This document shows positions 12,426 to 25,740 of a stretch of 64,000 nucleotides of DNA, piece after piece. The notes beneath the pieces were generated by a model that was given only the letters and a program-made list of their open reading frames with translations, did not search any database and was not told where the DNA came from. How positions within the stretch are numbered: the first letter of the stretch is position 1; the number at the start of each line of letters is the position of its first letter. A program made the translations under genes and the position numbers. Source of the stretch: Felis catus (taxonomy: Eukaryota); NCBI RefSeq assembly GCF_018350175.1, contig NC_058368.1, forward strand, positions 10,540,001-10,604,000, read 5' to 3'.

Positions 12426-12910
12426 TGCTAATTCAGTGTCTTGATTTTCTTCTTTCTCCTCTGGCTTCTCTATAGTATATTTTTGGCTCTTCTTTCTCTG
12501 TCTGCTCATTGTTGGTTTTTCCAAAGGTTATTGTCTGGGGACTTTTCACATCTCATTCTTCCTCCATGACTTGACAAACCTGTCAAGTTCGGAACATTCT
12601 ATCAGGCTTTGCATCCTCTATACCTCTTCCCTCCCATATCATCAAAGCAATAATATATACGTAAGACTAGACCGACTGAGCTCTTTCCTGTGGGGTTTTG
12701 TGGTAGACCCAGTCACACAGCATCAAAAAGGAAGAATTCCTCAAGGACGTGAATTACGTCAGATGTTGTGCTTACTAGAACCAAGTGACTAAGCCACAGC
12801 ACATCTCAGTGACTCAGAGATTTCTTGAAGGGATCACACTCCCTTCTGAGGTCTTATAAAGGCCTTTAAAGTTCAAGAAGTAAGATCCTTCACTCATGGT
12901 CCTTCTAGTG

Positions 12911-13120
12911 TTTTAAAGTTTTTTACTGTTAGAGAGAGAGCAAGAGAGAGAGAGTGTGTGTGTGGATGGGGGGAGGGGCAGAGAGAGAGGGAGAGAGAGA
13001 GAATCCCAAGCAGGCTTCATGTTCAGCATGGAGCCCGACACAGGGCTCGATCCCATGAACTATGAGATCGTGACCTGAGCTGAAATCAAGAGTCAGATGC
13101 TCAACCAACTGAACTACCCT
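12911..13120 (-). mobile_element. Can-SINE (SINEC_Fc2-like)
   Basis: (GA)n/(GT)n, gaatcccaagcaggc, gagatcgtgacctgagctgaaatcaagagtcagatgctcaaccaactga. Confidence 0.92.
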
Positions 13121-13194
13121 TAGTAGTCCCTTAGTCTTCTGTCCTAAATACAGCCCAATCTAGGATTATTCAGTTGGTTTATTTTTCTTTAAAG

Positions 13195-13430
13195 TGGCCT
13201 TCCAGGATGCGATCCACAGAAAATTTGACCTTTAACATATTCAGAAGGAGACTTTCAGAGTTAAGTAATTTTTAAAAACCCTGTTAGAAATTCTCAGAGC
13301 ATGTTAGTATATTAAAAATCATAGGAAGCCCTGCTCTAAAGAAAGACGAAACTTAAGTCAGGCTAGCATCTTGGAAGTTTATTTACCCAGAGCCCTACTG
13401 ACATTGCTCTTTGGGTTCAGTCTAGTTTGT
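13195..13430. mobile_element. MER103C-like hAT element
   Basis: gaaattctcagagcatgttagtatattaaaaatcataggaagccctgctctaaagaaa resembles the MER103C core. Confidence 0.55.
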
Positions 13431-13509
13431 GGGGGTCCTTCAGCTGTGCAAGTGGGCTCAGCAGGGACACAGAAAGTTCTAAGAGCCCCAATTGCCTAAT
13501 GGCTACTTT

Positions 13510-13950
13510 CTAAAGGGTAACTGAGAGCAAATAGGCCAGAGAGGGAGGAGCCAGCACTGTGAGAAGCAAGGAGATATGCACTGTGTTCCAGAAGTCAAGG
13601 CGTCAGAGAGATTAAAAAAAGATGGTCTGGTCAACTACATAAAATAACAAAATGTCAAAGAATTTGTTCACTCCTACATTGAGTCATTCTAAAATAAATT
13701 TTTGGATCACTAGCGCCTACCTAGGGGTTTGTGTTGAATGCCTGACCAAGGTTAGGTTAGTAGCAGTGAACAAGACAGACGTGTTCCAGCTCTTGTGATG
13801 ATGACGACTGGTGCGGCAGCTAAGATTGAGGTGAGCCACTGAACTGAGTTGAGTAGTCCTCGGAGCTCCAGAAATGCAGCATCATGGAACAGAAGCTAGC
13901 ATGAAATTAGGTTGTTCTGGGCCTTTAATGATAGTTTCCAAAGCAGAAAA
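13510..13950 (-). mobile_element. L2 fragments
   Basis: gtgttccagaagtcaagg...ggtcaactac; agcgcctacctagg...gcagtgaacaagacagac (antisense L2 3' end). Confidence 0.5.
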
Positions 13951-14269
13951 AGAATGTCAGAGAAATAGGTGACGACCAAAGAACCAGGCACATTGGGTAG
14001 ACTTCAGAGCAATCTTGCTTTTTGATTCAATTGGTTCAAGGGAGTGACTGGGAAACAGTTATGCAATGTACTGCTTATTTCCTCTCACTCAGACTCCACA
14101 GGAAAAAATAAGGCTGGCACTTCTAAAGAAGTCCTTTCAAAATGTTTTGAAAGAAATTCCAGAGAGGAAAAAAGAGATCTCTGTGCCCACTGCAGCTCAG
14201 CAGAGGGAGCAGGACTTGTACATCAGAGCCTGTGAGAGGAATCTCAGTTTCTTAAAAGGACACTCCCTC

Positions 14270-14560
14270 TGTGGCTGTGGACGCCCAAGATGTGGGAGAG
14301 ACCAGCAGACGTGCTTTGTTAAACTACACAATGTTATGAAAAAATGAATTAGTTGCAAGCATTTCAACATGGGGAGACTGAGCATAAAATATGGATTTCT
14401 AGTGTCTCTTGAAAAAAGGGAAAATTTGAGTAAACTGGTTGGATCTGAGAAGCTGATTCCTCACTTCTATGGAGCAGACGCTGCATTTCTACACCACAGT
14501 AGACTCATTCACCTACGTCACCTGTCTGGTCCTTGAAGAGATCTGACTTGGTGACCTTTG
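14270..14560. mobile_element. MER102 hAT-Charlie element
   Basis: gaattagttgcaagcatttc...ggatttctagtgtctcttgaaaaa...actcattcacctacgtcacctgtctggtccttgaagagatctgacttggtgacctttg. Confidence 0.65.
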
Positions 14561-15892
14561 CTCTAAAGCATTGTTGGAATTGACGGTAAGATATTAAGTT
14601 TAATCGTGTTTTCGGGCAACATGATGAAATCTGGGTTTCTTAAATCCCAAGGACCCATAACACAAATGAATAGGCTAATCTCGCTCCTTCAAGTTCTCCC
14701 CAGATATATTCGGGATACCGTTGGGGCTGTGTCTCACGTTTGTATGACTTACTGCATTCAATGTTCCCCTCATTTTTGTTCTGACTGATAGGGCCCAGTG
14801 CTATAGCGGCTACTAATATGCAATGAAATGAGTATTAGGAGTATTATGAAATGGCCAAAAAGCCCCATTTGAAGAGGAGATTAATATGTACTTCACAGAG
14901 TCATTAGAACAGTTAAAGGAATATTTGTAAAGGGTTTCTAACAGGACCCAGTAAAATGGTAAGCATTGCAGCTGTACTTCCTACATTAAAAAAAAAAATG
15001 AATGTGGTCAAGATTTAGCTGGGTTGCCAATTCATATATGCTTTTTCCTACTGTTCTCTCTGAAGCCTGGGTTCATGCAGAAAAAATGACATTTCTCAGG
15101 TTACTATGTCTTTCTTGGTCCGAATGAGAAAAGGAAGGGGTCTTCCACCCTTGTCTATTTCATTCTCTCTGTTCATAAGCTGCATAAGAGACACCCCTGA
15201 GTCCTCAAAGCCTGTAAGGTTTTTAGCGAAAGCGATCTTTTAGTCTTACCCTCTTCTTCTGCCCTACCTACCCCACATGGGAGGACATGGTGCCTGGACA
15301 GAAATAAACTCAATCACAGAAGTTGGGTAACATTCAAATTTATCTCTCTCCTCCCAATGTAGAAGCTTCATGCCCCACCTTTCTCTTCCTGCAGGAAGGG
15401 TTTTACGGCTTTGCTACTAGAACCTGAAGCTAGCCCAGGGTGCTTCCAAAAGCCTGGCTCTGCAGAATCCAGTGATGAGCACAATTTAGGGCCCTACGAT
15501 AGCTTTGGCCACCGCACTTGGGGTTCAAATGAGGAGTCATCTTCCAGCGGTTTCTGGGCCCTAGTCATCCGCACAGCCCAAGCTTCACCCATTTCTGACT
15601 GTCAGGGCAGTAATTCTTTTCGGGGGGTAGTGGCCATTTCTACATTGGAGTGCCAGTTACTAAAGTGGGAAGAACCTTTAAGCAAGGAAATTTAGTATAA
15701 TCTCTATTTTCTGTCAGCCCCCTCCTTGCCATCCCTACCCCCAAAATCGCAATCAACAATGACCAAATACAAAAAAAAAATTCATCAGTACTCATCAAAT
15801 ACTGAAGAAGTAAAGAGGCTACTGAATAGGCTATATAAAATATTAACCACTCACATGGTATCTCCACTTTCAGGCACTAAAAAGTTTCATAG

Positions 15893-15960
15893 TTTCTTTT
15901 TGTTTTCTTTTTCTTTCTTTTCTTTCTTTCTTTCTCTCTTTCTTTCTCTCTTTCTTTCCT
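15893..15960. repeat. (TTTC)n / pyrimidine-rich simple repeat
   Basis: Direct reading. Confidence 0.9.
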
Positions 15961-16219
15961 GAGAAAATAGGTTCTGTTTCTCTTTTTTACATTCTTGGTA
16001 GAATTTCTTGGGAGATTATTTATTCATTGCTTTCCTTAAAGTATCATATTCGACGACTACTTTAGACATCACTGCAATGAAAGGATATATATGTACTATG
16101 TAATAAACATTATGTATAACTGATTTCATATAACACAGTGTGTCTACGTAATGCTCTTAAAGAAACCTACCTGTCACCTTGTGCACATGCACAGGTGGTC
16201 CTGTGTCAAATCCAGTCAT

Positions 16220-16430
16220 CATCAACACAGCTGTGATGGAATGAGTGCCCACGAGGTAGGTAGGTATTTTATGTAATTGGGATACTCTGCCTATGAAACA
16301 CATAACAAAATTTCCCTTTTACAGGTGAAGAAGCTTCTTCGGCAAACTTAGTGACTTGCTTAAGGTCACACTATTGTATTAGTTAAGGACAGAGTGCAAA
16401 TCCAGCCTCTGGTCTGTCAGGTCCCAAGTT
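16220..16430 (-). mobile_element. MIR SINE
   Basis: ccttttacaggtgaagaa...agtgacttgcttaaggtcacac antisense MIR core. Confidence 0.7.
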
Positions 16431-17589
16431 CTTACACTTCCAACTCTTATGTTCTCAACCCCGAAGAGATCAAAGGCTCTGAGACAGAAGATGGTCTTTA
16501 CCAAGCACAGTTTAGGCTGAGTCTTTACAAAATCCAGAGGTTTTATGGGCTGAGCCTCTGCTTTATCCCCAGACAATTACAGGGGAAACTACATTGTCAG
16601 ATGATAGGAAGGATCAGTTGACAGTGATGCGATAAAGCAGTTGATATCAGAGGCAGAAAATATATACTTGCTAGTTCTTTTGGGATTAGAGAGAGGGATT
16701 TTTATAGAATTTGACAAAATGAAAGCATTTTCAAGAGAACCTGGGCCCATGATATTCTTTAAAAAAGTCAGTTGACTTTCAACGCTTTGAGTGGTTTATG
16801 CGGAAGCTCTCTGGGTGAGGTCAAGAATGCAGTTACAGACTCTGGGGCAGGATGGGCCAAGGGTCCCAGCCATTGATAAGACAATTATGCAGGTCTTGGC
16901 TAGGGAAGAAACTTTGCCACATTTAAGGCATTACAAAGATTGTTATGAGTAGCTATTATTGTGGGAAAGGAAATCAGGGTCTCCAAGATGTCCTAATGAT
17001 GTTAGAACACCACACTGTTTCAACTTAAATATCAGGAGACAGCTCAGAAATCCTCTGGAATAGGTTTCTGAACAAAAATGGCCCATGCACTGCTTGCCTA
17101 TGTCAGTTTTTGGCAACTTTGGGACACTGCAATTTTGATTTTCTACATAGATCTTATATAGGAGACAGCAAACTAAATAATGCCCTTGATATTAGTGATG
17201 TATACATTCAATAACAAATATAGCAGTGGCATTCATACTGTGTTTCTTCTAATGACTGATAATAAAATGTTATATTAAGTGAATTCATAATGAAGACAGT
17301 TTCGGGAGGGAGCTAATCTAAGATGGTCCAAACACATAAATTTCTGAAGGCCTCACTGGATTACATTTCATCACTTTCATCACATTACTTTATCTCCTTT
17401 AAACCAAAATAATTCTAACTTAGCCCTCTCCTATAAGGCAAAAACTTAATGCTCATAATTATTGGGGTTCCCTGCAGGATCGTGCAAGGGTTCTCTTACC
17501 CCCTTACACAAAACAGAATGTTCAGGGTAGCCATTGTGTCTTTTTATCCACACTGATCCCTTGCCATAGCCAGAGCCTCTGATTCTTTC

Positions 17590-18161
17590 TGTGATGGTTT
17601 TGCCATGTGCCCACTTGGCTAAGCTGAACTGCATTTCCCAGAATTCCCTTTCCTCTGTGTTTCCTGTTAGCATGGGCTACCGGAGAGATTCTCTTGACAG
17701 TTGGAGGATGTAAGGAAGGCAGCGGCCATTTTGCGGTACACGCCGTTGTTGATCTTTTGATTCATTTTACTGGCATGAAGCAGCAACTTGGCCAGCCATT
17801 GTTGTCTCTTCCCCGACTGGATCTTCTTTCAGTTTTTCTGACTCCTACTCAGGTGTATGTGTGGCTAGGTCCTCAACAAAGGATCTTGGCCTCTACAAGA
17901 TACTCTTGTTACCAAGGTCAGAGGCAACAAGAACTGATGAGCATTAGCCTAGCCTCTTGGCATTCCAGCTCATGCTTCTGGGGTTCCGGCCTGTTCGTGA
18001 CCTTTCTTCCTAATTGCCAGCCTGAGCATTAGATGTGGAGACAACTTTGCTGGGACTGCTTAGTAAACTCCCATGAGTGCTTAAGCCAATTCCCTTTAAT
18101 AAGTCCATATATTTTAATCTCCTACTGTTTCTGCTTCTCTGTGTGAACGCTGACTAGTACA
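17590..18161 (+). mobile_element. MLT2E/F ERVL solo LTR, apparently full length
   Basis: TG...CA termini (tgtgatggttttgccatgtgcccacttggctaagctgaactgcatttcccagaattccc ... tctgcttctctgtgtgaacgctgactagtaca); 5-bp TSD ctttc/cttcc. Confidence 0.85.
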
Positions 18162-18625
18162 CTTCCACGCTGCTCACTGAGGACGCAAACCTTTGTCAAT
18201 GTTGGAATCCCACGGTCTAGGTTAGGTGCTGCCTACATATATGCCTACAGCCTCTCTTTACTGAGACCCTGTCACTCTCCCTCCCAGAGATGTCCTATGC
18301 GGTTCAGCATAGTTCTCTACCACGGTAGGATCATTTTTAGTCCGTATGACTTTGCTTCATCATCTTCCTCTGGAGTAGCTAATGACATTTCTTCAGTGGA
18401 TTTAGGCTTTCACAAAAGATAGGGTTTGACTTCAGGCCATTTCTGCTTTCAACCCCAGTAAAAACTTAGCGGGGCAAACCAGTACAACACTTTACCTTTT
18501 TGGAGTTGGAGAGCTTAGCATGGGAGAAAAACTAACGGAAAACAAACATAGCACTTTAATAATGATCCCACCATAGGAGGGCATAGCTAAAGATGTAGAT
18601 AGAGATATACTTCTGGTTCTAAAAG

Positions 18626-18750
18626 CCAGCTGTTCCCAAACTCTCTGCCTACCAAATCAGAAACTTCTAGGGTGGGGTACAGGGAATTTGTATTTTTAAT
18701 TAAAATTCTCTCAAGTGGTTCTATGTATAGCCAAATTAAGAGTTGTTGTC
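18626..18750. mobile_element. MER5A/B hAT-Charlie fragment
   Basis: ctaccaaatcagaaacttctagggtggggtacagggaatttgtatttttaa...ctctcaagtggttctatgtatagccaa. Confidence 0.7.
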
Positions 18751-20199
18751 TTATGCCAGCTTCTTTACATTGAATGTCAGTTTTCCGAGTGGAGCATTTG
18801 ATGGTGGTGGACAGCAAATAGTAATAATCCTCCTATATAAGGATCTGGTGTGTAGGCTACTCCATATGGCTAAAGATGCATTTGTGTTTTTAAGCTAGAA
18901 GAGGCAGAGATAGGGTTGACATTCTCTTATAAAAGTTAAGAAATTTTCTTATTTACCATTCTTATGCAATTGGTAGAAACCCCATCTGCGAGAGAACACG
19001 AACAGGGTGATTATAGTCAAATAAAAACACATGTTTTGGGATCGGGACTGGACAGTCAGTGCGGCTGCAGCTCACGGACTGGAGGATGAGCAGGTCTGAG
19101 ATGGGTGCACTCCACATTTGTCTGAGCGCCCCCTGAGGCACATGGGTTGAGGTGTCCTTCCAGCTGTGGGTCAGGCTGCCCTGAGCTTCCCTGGCTAGAT
19201 TCTAGAGGCTTGAGGAGTTTCAGTTCACTGAGGAAAGAAACAGGCAAAAGCGTAATGATGATGGAGATTGTCCAGTAAGAAAGCAAAGCCTGACTGGGGC
19301 AATACTCTTTGCTGGCTCCCAGTGACAGTGATCTTGATGGTCAGGAGAATGTGAGGGCTCTGTGCTCTGGTGGCCTTTCTCATCTGGCATGAGAGAACTT
19401 TGTGAAGCAATGGGTCAGGCAACTGGAGAGTTGCCATGGGAGGTTGCTGGATACTGAAGACACAGTAACTGATGAAGATGAAAAACTTGAAGCCGGCAGA
19501 AATATTAATACCCCCAGTCTTATCCTAAAACAGATTTGAAGAGGGAATATGACCAAGTCTCTACAAAGAAAGTAATTGAGTCTGTGAGCTGTTCTTCCAA
19601 GGTCGCTTGTATTCTGGCAACTTTTCCCCACACTTCTGGTAAGCCAAAGCCATCACCTAGTTGTAAGAAAAAATTCCACAGGAGAGACTACAGCGAACCC
19701 ACGGCTGCTGGAACCTCAGCAAGGAAGGATGCCTTCACAGTGGTTTGGAGAGAACTCCTTGCACAGAAGAGATGGAACTCAAGAAACTAGTTTCCAAAGT
19801 AATGGTGTCAGATTTTAGAAGGTTTCTGTGGCCATGAACCTACTAGCTCGATAGAGGAACTCGTTTATTAAATGGGGATAATACTACCTTTGCCTGTGAT
19901 TTGGGTGGGAATCTCATTTTGGGTAGCCAATTTACTGAATTCAATTTCTTGCCAAGAAAGTTTGTCTCAGAAGCAAATCCATTTTTTAGGGGCCTTACTA
20001 AAAGATTATTGCAAATATAATTTGCAGTAGCAACTGTAGAAGCTGTATGTAAGGACAACTTCAGTTACTTGTCAACTACTTGTCACACTGTCTAAGCCAC
20101 TACGATTCATTCAGAATGTTCTCTTTGTGATGAAAGAGACGCCTTGAGAAAGAAGGCTTGTCCTAAGGGTCTCCTGGTGGCTGAATCACAACTTCGTTC

Positions 20200-20700
20200 A
20201 TAGTCAGGGGCTCTGTTTACAGCCGTACCTATCAATACAGTTGGTGAGGAGGTGAGAAGAAATCAAGAGCTTAATTCTCCTGATAAGAAATACAATGGAG
20301 GCCCCGGAGCTTTTATATTAATTGTCAATTAATACAGCTCTGTTGATTAAATAGCCGGTAGAATCATGGCTCACCTCTCTGCCTCTGAAAATGTGGTACA
20401 AAGACAAAGTCTTCCCTCCTTCCACCGCAATGTTTACTGTATGTTGGTGTCGTCCCTTGGTTTTCCTTGACTAATTGACAAGCCCAGCTATTCAAGTTAA
20501 TGTTGAGCGATCAGTACCAAGACTGGGAGGCACATCAGGTACAGATTAACTATGGGAGAGCAGCCCAGTTAATTCTGGAGGAAGCGCCGACTCAGCCAAA
20601 TGCAGCATTAACAACTTACAGAGTTAACAAGTTACACCTCTATTAGCAAGTTGACTTTTTATTGAGGGTTCATTCAAAAAATGATGAGTGATTCTTAACT
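20200..20700. promoter_or_regulatory. Candidate enhancer / conserved non-coding element
   Basis: No repeat recognised; TGTTTAC x2, ATCAATA, TGATAAG, ACAATGG, ACAAAG x2, palindromic TATTAATTG-T-CAATTAATA, several TAAT cores. Function is inferred only. Confidence 0.45.
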
Positions 20701-22554
20701 GGGAATGCATTGGCAGGTGGCATGGAGACCAAGATTGAGACCGACAGTCCATTTGCCTGGTGCTTAAAATATTGTGCAGTAATTCTAAACATTAGTGGAG
20801 AGTAGTTTCCTGCTAGCAGGGACTCATCATGGACTTCTACACCAGACTCTAAGGTGTCTTTTGGGGATACACAGGGGTGAAGTTTTTCATCTCTCAGGAA
20901 GAGCTCTTCCGTGTGGAAAGAACTGTAGCCAAAGTGAAATGACAATTGCTTTGCTGTTGCAGGATCCCATTACAACTCTGAGAGTGCACACAACAGAAGA
21001 CCATCCCCATTTTTTAGGTTCTATGTCTTCCCCTTCATGAGAGTCGAATATTTGTGCAGAAAAAAAAAAAAGGGGTTTATGCCAAGTAGAGACGAATTTT
21101 TAGAAAGCATCTCCTAGGCCTTTTTGAAACCCAAGCTGAAATCACTTTCCCTGTGGCAGATGATGTAGTTGAGTTACAAGCCTTTTTGGCTGGTTTTGTG
21201 GCTTGCCCAATGCCCCTGCTCTCTGTTTCTATCCACAGCCAGGAAAACTTCTAATGCTTAATATTTGAATATAATACCTGATGTCTGCACAGTAAAACTA
21301 TTCTAACTTTAAGCCAATGCTGAAATGAGGGATACGCCAGGGAATGGTTTCTTAATCTCAGCCCTGGAGATGAATACAAACTGTGCTTTTCTGAAGCGTG
21401 TTTGAAAAACCCCTGCCTCAACATCATGGCTAATGGGATCAACTTTAAAAATTGTTTCCCAGCTAAAAATCTATTCTAGTATAAGACAAAGAGAGAGAAA
21501 GAGAGAGAGAGAGAGCGAGCACAAGAGTTAGGGGAGAAGGTAGGAGGGTGGCTTTCTAAAACATGACTAAAATTGTGTTTTAGAATAGGATGTAAGATAC
21601 CATTCCTATAGAATCTACAGGAATGACTGGGCAGGCCTTTGAACAAATGTCTGTACGGTGAAAAGGAGGCAAGAAGGGCCCAAAATAAGGCCTTCCAATT
21701 GTTGGTAAACAGAGGGGAGAATTAAGATTCTATTAAGATCCAAACAGAACTTGTTGGAGAAGTCCTTATCTGACATATTTTCTGCATTAAGAACAAAAAA
21801 GATATTGAATGTTCCTTTTTGAACTCTATCTTCTTGCGTATATTTTTACAAAGATTGTTTCCTTCATCCTTGTGATGTTTTACTATTTCTGTTTCATTTG
21901 GTACCACAGATTAGATGTTAGTTTACTATGTTAACGTGTAAAAAGAAAACGTTTGTCTGAAGTAGGTGACCTTTAATGAACAAATGTATACTTTATTAAG
22001 CTCTGAAGTAGAATTTTGTTTGGTGTTTTTGGCGGCTGTTCACATGAAGGAAATTAATCCAGTTCTCATAAATATTAAAGAAAAACTCCTACTTATTGTT
22101 ATTGTACAGAAGTCAACTTTAGAAAAATACCTAGGGTGGGGCCAGAGCCAGAAGAAGAATATTTACTAGTAAGGCACATTTATTAATTCTTTGTTGTTGT
22201 TTTTGGTTTTTAATAGTGACAAGAATTGTGCAGCACTAGGTGAGTTTGGGGATACGATGTCAATTTTACTTTAAAATGAGAATGTGATGCTTGGTAGGTT
22301 ATCTTTTTTGATGAGACTTAAGTAATTCCTGGGGTCGGGGCGGGGGGGGAATCTAGTTTCAGTGCCCATGACCTTTACCAATTGTTCCAGGCACACGTAA
22401 GGGACAGGTGAGGTCACAGTCCAAATTTAGGTGAAGGCTGGCATACTGTAGACTCAAGACACAGACGTGTGGATCCAATTGTGACACCAGCCAGAGAAAC
22501 TGCCTCAGCAGTGTCTGAACCACTCCTGAATCTTTAAGTGACCCAGGATTTGTT

Positions 22555-22860
22555 ATTTTTTAGAGTATTATCACTGATTATTGAGTACTATACAGATTTA
22601 TACATTCAATGTATTTTAATCAATCCCAGTTATTCTTTCTGATGCTCAAAGTATCAAATAAGGCCCCTCTGACAAGTGGGACCCATTAGCTTGGTTATTT
22701 ATTTTTTCGGACATGACCCATTAGTATCTGGGTGCTTCTGTGCCTTCCAGAACAAGGCTCACCTTCTTTGTTCCCCATCCCAGACTTGGAATCAGTCAAG
22801 TTTTGTTTTAGTTAGTAGCATGTTAAGGATGGTATTTTGAAACCATATCTTGACACTGAT
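22555..22860 (-). mobile_element. L1MC5-like 3' UTR fragment
   Basis: tctgatgctcaaag...gacatgacccattagtatctg...cccagacttggaatcagtca...ggtattttgaaacca. Confidence 0.65.
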
Positions 22861-22899
22861 GGGATGTGAAATGGCATGTGAAGGGATATGGCATCAGCA

Positions 22900-23500
22900 A
22901 TGGCATGCTCATCAAAATGTTAAACTTGGTTCACTGGAAATGTAGGGAGTAGAGGAACAAATTAAAAGACAGAGTGATGAAACCAGCAGACAAGTCCAGA
23001 GTATGAGGCATCCTATCAGACACCTGGCTTTTGTCTTATTAACAAGTCAATGTCATGAAAAATGTGAGGAGGATGGTTACAGATTTGAAGAGACTTAAAA
23101 GACATAGCAAAAGCCATATGGGGTCATTACTTTAATCCTGTTTTGAAAAAATAATCTATAAAATAATTCCAGAAATTATTAGGGGAATTTTCATGTAGAT
23201 TCATTATGAGATGATGATATTAGGTAACTAATTTTTTGAGGTGTGACAATGGTATTGTCATCATTCAGCTAAATATTTTTTGGTGATATAGGCAAAAGTG
23301 TTTAGGGGTAAACGTAATGATGTCTGTAGTTTATTTAAAATGATTTGACAGTAATAAAAATCAAAATAGATTGGTGTAGAACTATACAAATATATATAAT
23401 GTGCATATGAAGCAGATGTGGCAAACTCAATTTGTGAAGAATTATTGTATCTAGGTGATGGGTCCTTATTGTACTTCTTTTCCATATATTTTAAGTTTAT
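22900..23500 (+). mobile_element. L1ME4/L1MC5-like 3' end
   Basis: aacaagtcaatgtcatg...agatttgaagagacttaaaagacatagcaa...aggtgtgacaatggtattgt...tgtatctaggtgatgggt. Confidence 0.75.
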
Positions 23501-23559
23501 TATTATTATAAAAGGAAGTTTTATAAAAGGGGAAGGGGAACTCCCTGACTTTGGGACAC

Positions 23560-24150
23560 AGGAAACTTCGTGCTCCCGAGATCTTTACGCTGATGTTCCT
23601 CTCTACATTTCCTGCCCAACAGATGATACACCGTCCGTCCAGCTCCCAAGTCAAAAGTCTTAAAGCCCTCCTCGTCCCCTCTTCCTCCTTCAGCCTTTTC
23701 ATTCAACAAGCATGTTTTCCCAATGGTATCTTCTAAATAGGTCATGAATCTGCCCCTACCTTTGTCCACTATCTCAGAGACCCCAGCAGCAGCCTCTCAC
23801 TGACCTCCCTCCTCCACAGTCATATATTCCTTGCATCCGTTCAGCCTCCAGAGCAATCTTTCTGCAGAGCGAGTCCCATCGCCCTTCTTCTCTGTGACTC
23901 CCCATTGCTTAGAGGATAAAGTCCAAGCCCCTAGCATGGTGTGCAATGTGGCACCACCTGCACTGCCATTCTCGCCCCAGCGACACAGAACCCTACTCGT
24001 GTTGTCTTCTATGTGGTGCTCTCTGCCTCCTTTTCCCGGGGCTGACTCCTCACGGGCATCCTGGAATCCCCAAATGCAGGAGTCCTTCTGCCCCAGACCA
24101 GCTCCTCAGCCACACTGCCCCGTTACTGCACTGCAAGTCCCCCATAAATA
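23560..24150 (+). mobile_element. L2 LINE fragment
   Basis: cagcagcctctcactgacctccct...ccagagcaatctttct...ctccccattgcttagaggataaagtccaagccccta. Confidence 0.7.
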
Positions 24151-24194
24151 GCATGTGCACGTCACGGTTACTGCATGAGCTCATACTCGTGTGA

Positions 24195-24440
24195 GGCAGT
24201 AGATTGTAGCGATTGGAGCCAAAGTGCCTGAGTTTGAATACCAGCTCTGCTCCCCACTCACTCCTTGTGCAACGTTGGGCCAGTTGCTTAATCGTTTCAC
24301 GCTTGTGGTTCTCAAATATGGAGTCAGGATACTAAGTACTACTAACAGGACCCCCAACTCACAGTGCTGAGGATGCAGCAAGTGTTTAGAACAGTGCCAG
24401 GCACATTATAAGCACTCAATAAGTGTTAACTATTAATACT
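24195..24440 (+). mobile_element. MIR SINE, near full length
   Basis: ttggagccaaagtgcctgagtttgaataccagctctgc...ttagaacagtgccaggcacattataagcactcaataagtgttaactatta. Confidence 0.85.
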
Positions 24441-24499
24441 GTCTGAACTGTGTTCCTATTTTCTCCCTAGATGGTGAGACCCTTGAAATGAGGGCTGGT

Positions 24500-24800
24500 A
24501 TTTATAGATATTGCCACGTGTCAGACACTGTGTGAAATGCTTGTGTTCCATTTAATCCTCACAAATGAGGTAAGTGCCAATTCTTCCTCCCTCCCTCCCT
24601 CCCTCTGTCTTCCCACTCTCCCCTCTCCCCCACCTCCCTTCTTCCTTTCCTCCCTTTGCCCTTCCCTCCTTCCGCACGTGTTCTACCGCCAAGCCTATGC
24701 CATCACCCCTATTTTTACAGATGAGGAAATGGAGGTACAGCATGGGCAAGCAGTTTGTCCACATGCACATGGTCAGTTCACTGGAAGTCCCTAGGTTGGC
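24500..24800 (-). mobile_element. MIR SINE interrupted by a CT-rich tract (about 24580-24675)
   Basis: catttaatcctcacaaatgaggtaag ... cccctatttttacagatgaggaaatggagg. Confidence 0.75.
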
Positions 24801-25479
24801 TGGTGTTCCCACTGCCTAACTCTGAAGTTGGTTGGGGGCCACACCGTACTGTGCATTCTTCTTTGCATCAAGAGCATGTAGCAACTTGACTGCCATTTTA
24901 GTACTCACTAAGTGTGAAATGAATGGGTCAATGAATGAATGTGAGTAAATTAAGTTAAAAGGAGAGAAAGAGGGACATATGGGTGTGGGTATGATGAACT
25001 CAGGTTTCTATGCGGGCATAACATGCTCTGAACATCCAGGCGAATAGCATCCAGCAGGGTCTATTTGGGAAATGCAGCGCGACGTCAAGCCATGGGCATG
25101 CTGGGTGAACAGAGGGGGCCCTTGAGGACGTAGGCACCAGTTCTTTCAAAGCCAGTCTTGCATTTTGCTGAGAATTCACATGAAGCTGAACGATCTGGGC
25201 CCAAATCCTCATTTTCTTTCCTTCTGTGAATAATCAGCATTCTTTTTGGCTCCCCTCTTATTCTCCATAATTCCTCAAAGATTACTCAGTTTCCAGGATT
25301 ATGTGTACAATTCTCCTCATGTTTTTAGCTCTTCTGAGCAGGGATTTAAAATAATTAGCTGCTAGGAGTTGTCTTACTACTTCTATAGTGAGATGTCTTT
25401 TTTCTGCTTTCTTGGGGATATTTTCAGTTTGAAAGTCACTCTCTGTGATAGTACTGCCTGGGGAAAGGCCAATTTCCAT

Positions 25480-25740
25480 TCTGGTAGTGGGCAGAAGGCC
25501 AGTGTCACTTCCTCAGAGACGCTTTCCTTGACCATCCTATATGAATTGGTCCTCCAATTCCCATCACTGCCATGTTATCTTAGGTTATGGCCTCAATAGC
25601 ATTTATTATCTTTGACAGCCATGTATTTCCAGTCTCTCTACTGGAATGTAAGCTCTCTGAGGGTAGAACCTGGCATATTTCATTCACTACTGGTGTGTGT
25701 GTTACAGGTGTCCAAAGAATTCTTGTTGAATGAATGAAAT
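25480..25740 (+). mobile_element. L2a 3' end
   Basis: gtcacttcctcagagacgctttccttgacca...actggaatgtaagctctctgagggtag...ttgttgaatgaatgaa. Confidence 0.8.

Noticed and set aside
21967..22376. Paired NBRE (TGACCTTT) nuclear-receptor sites
   Set aside because: The same 8-mer occurs several more times in the window, including inside repeats, so the pair cannot be distinguished from chance
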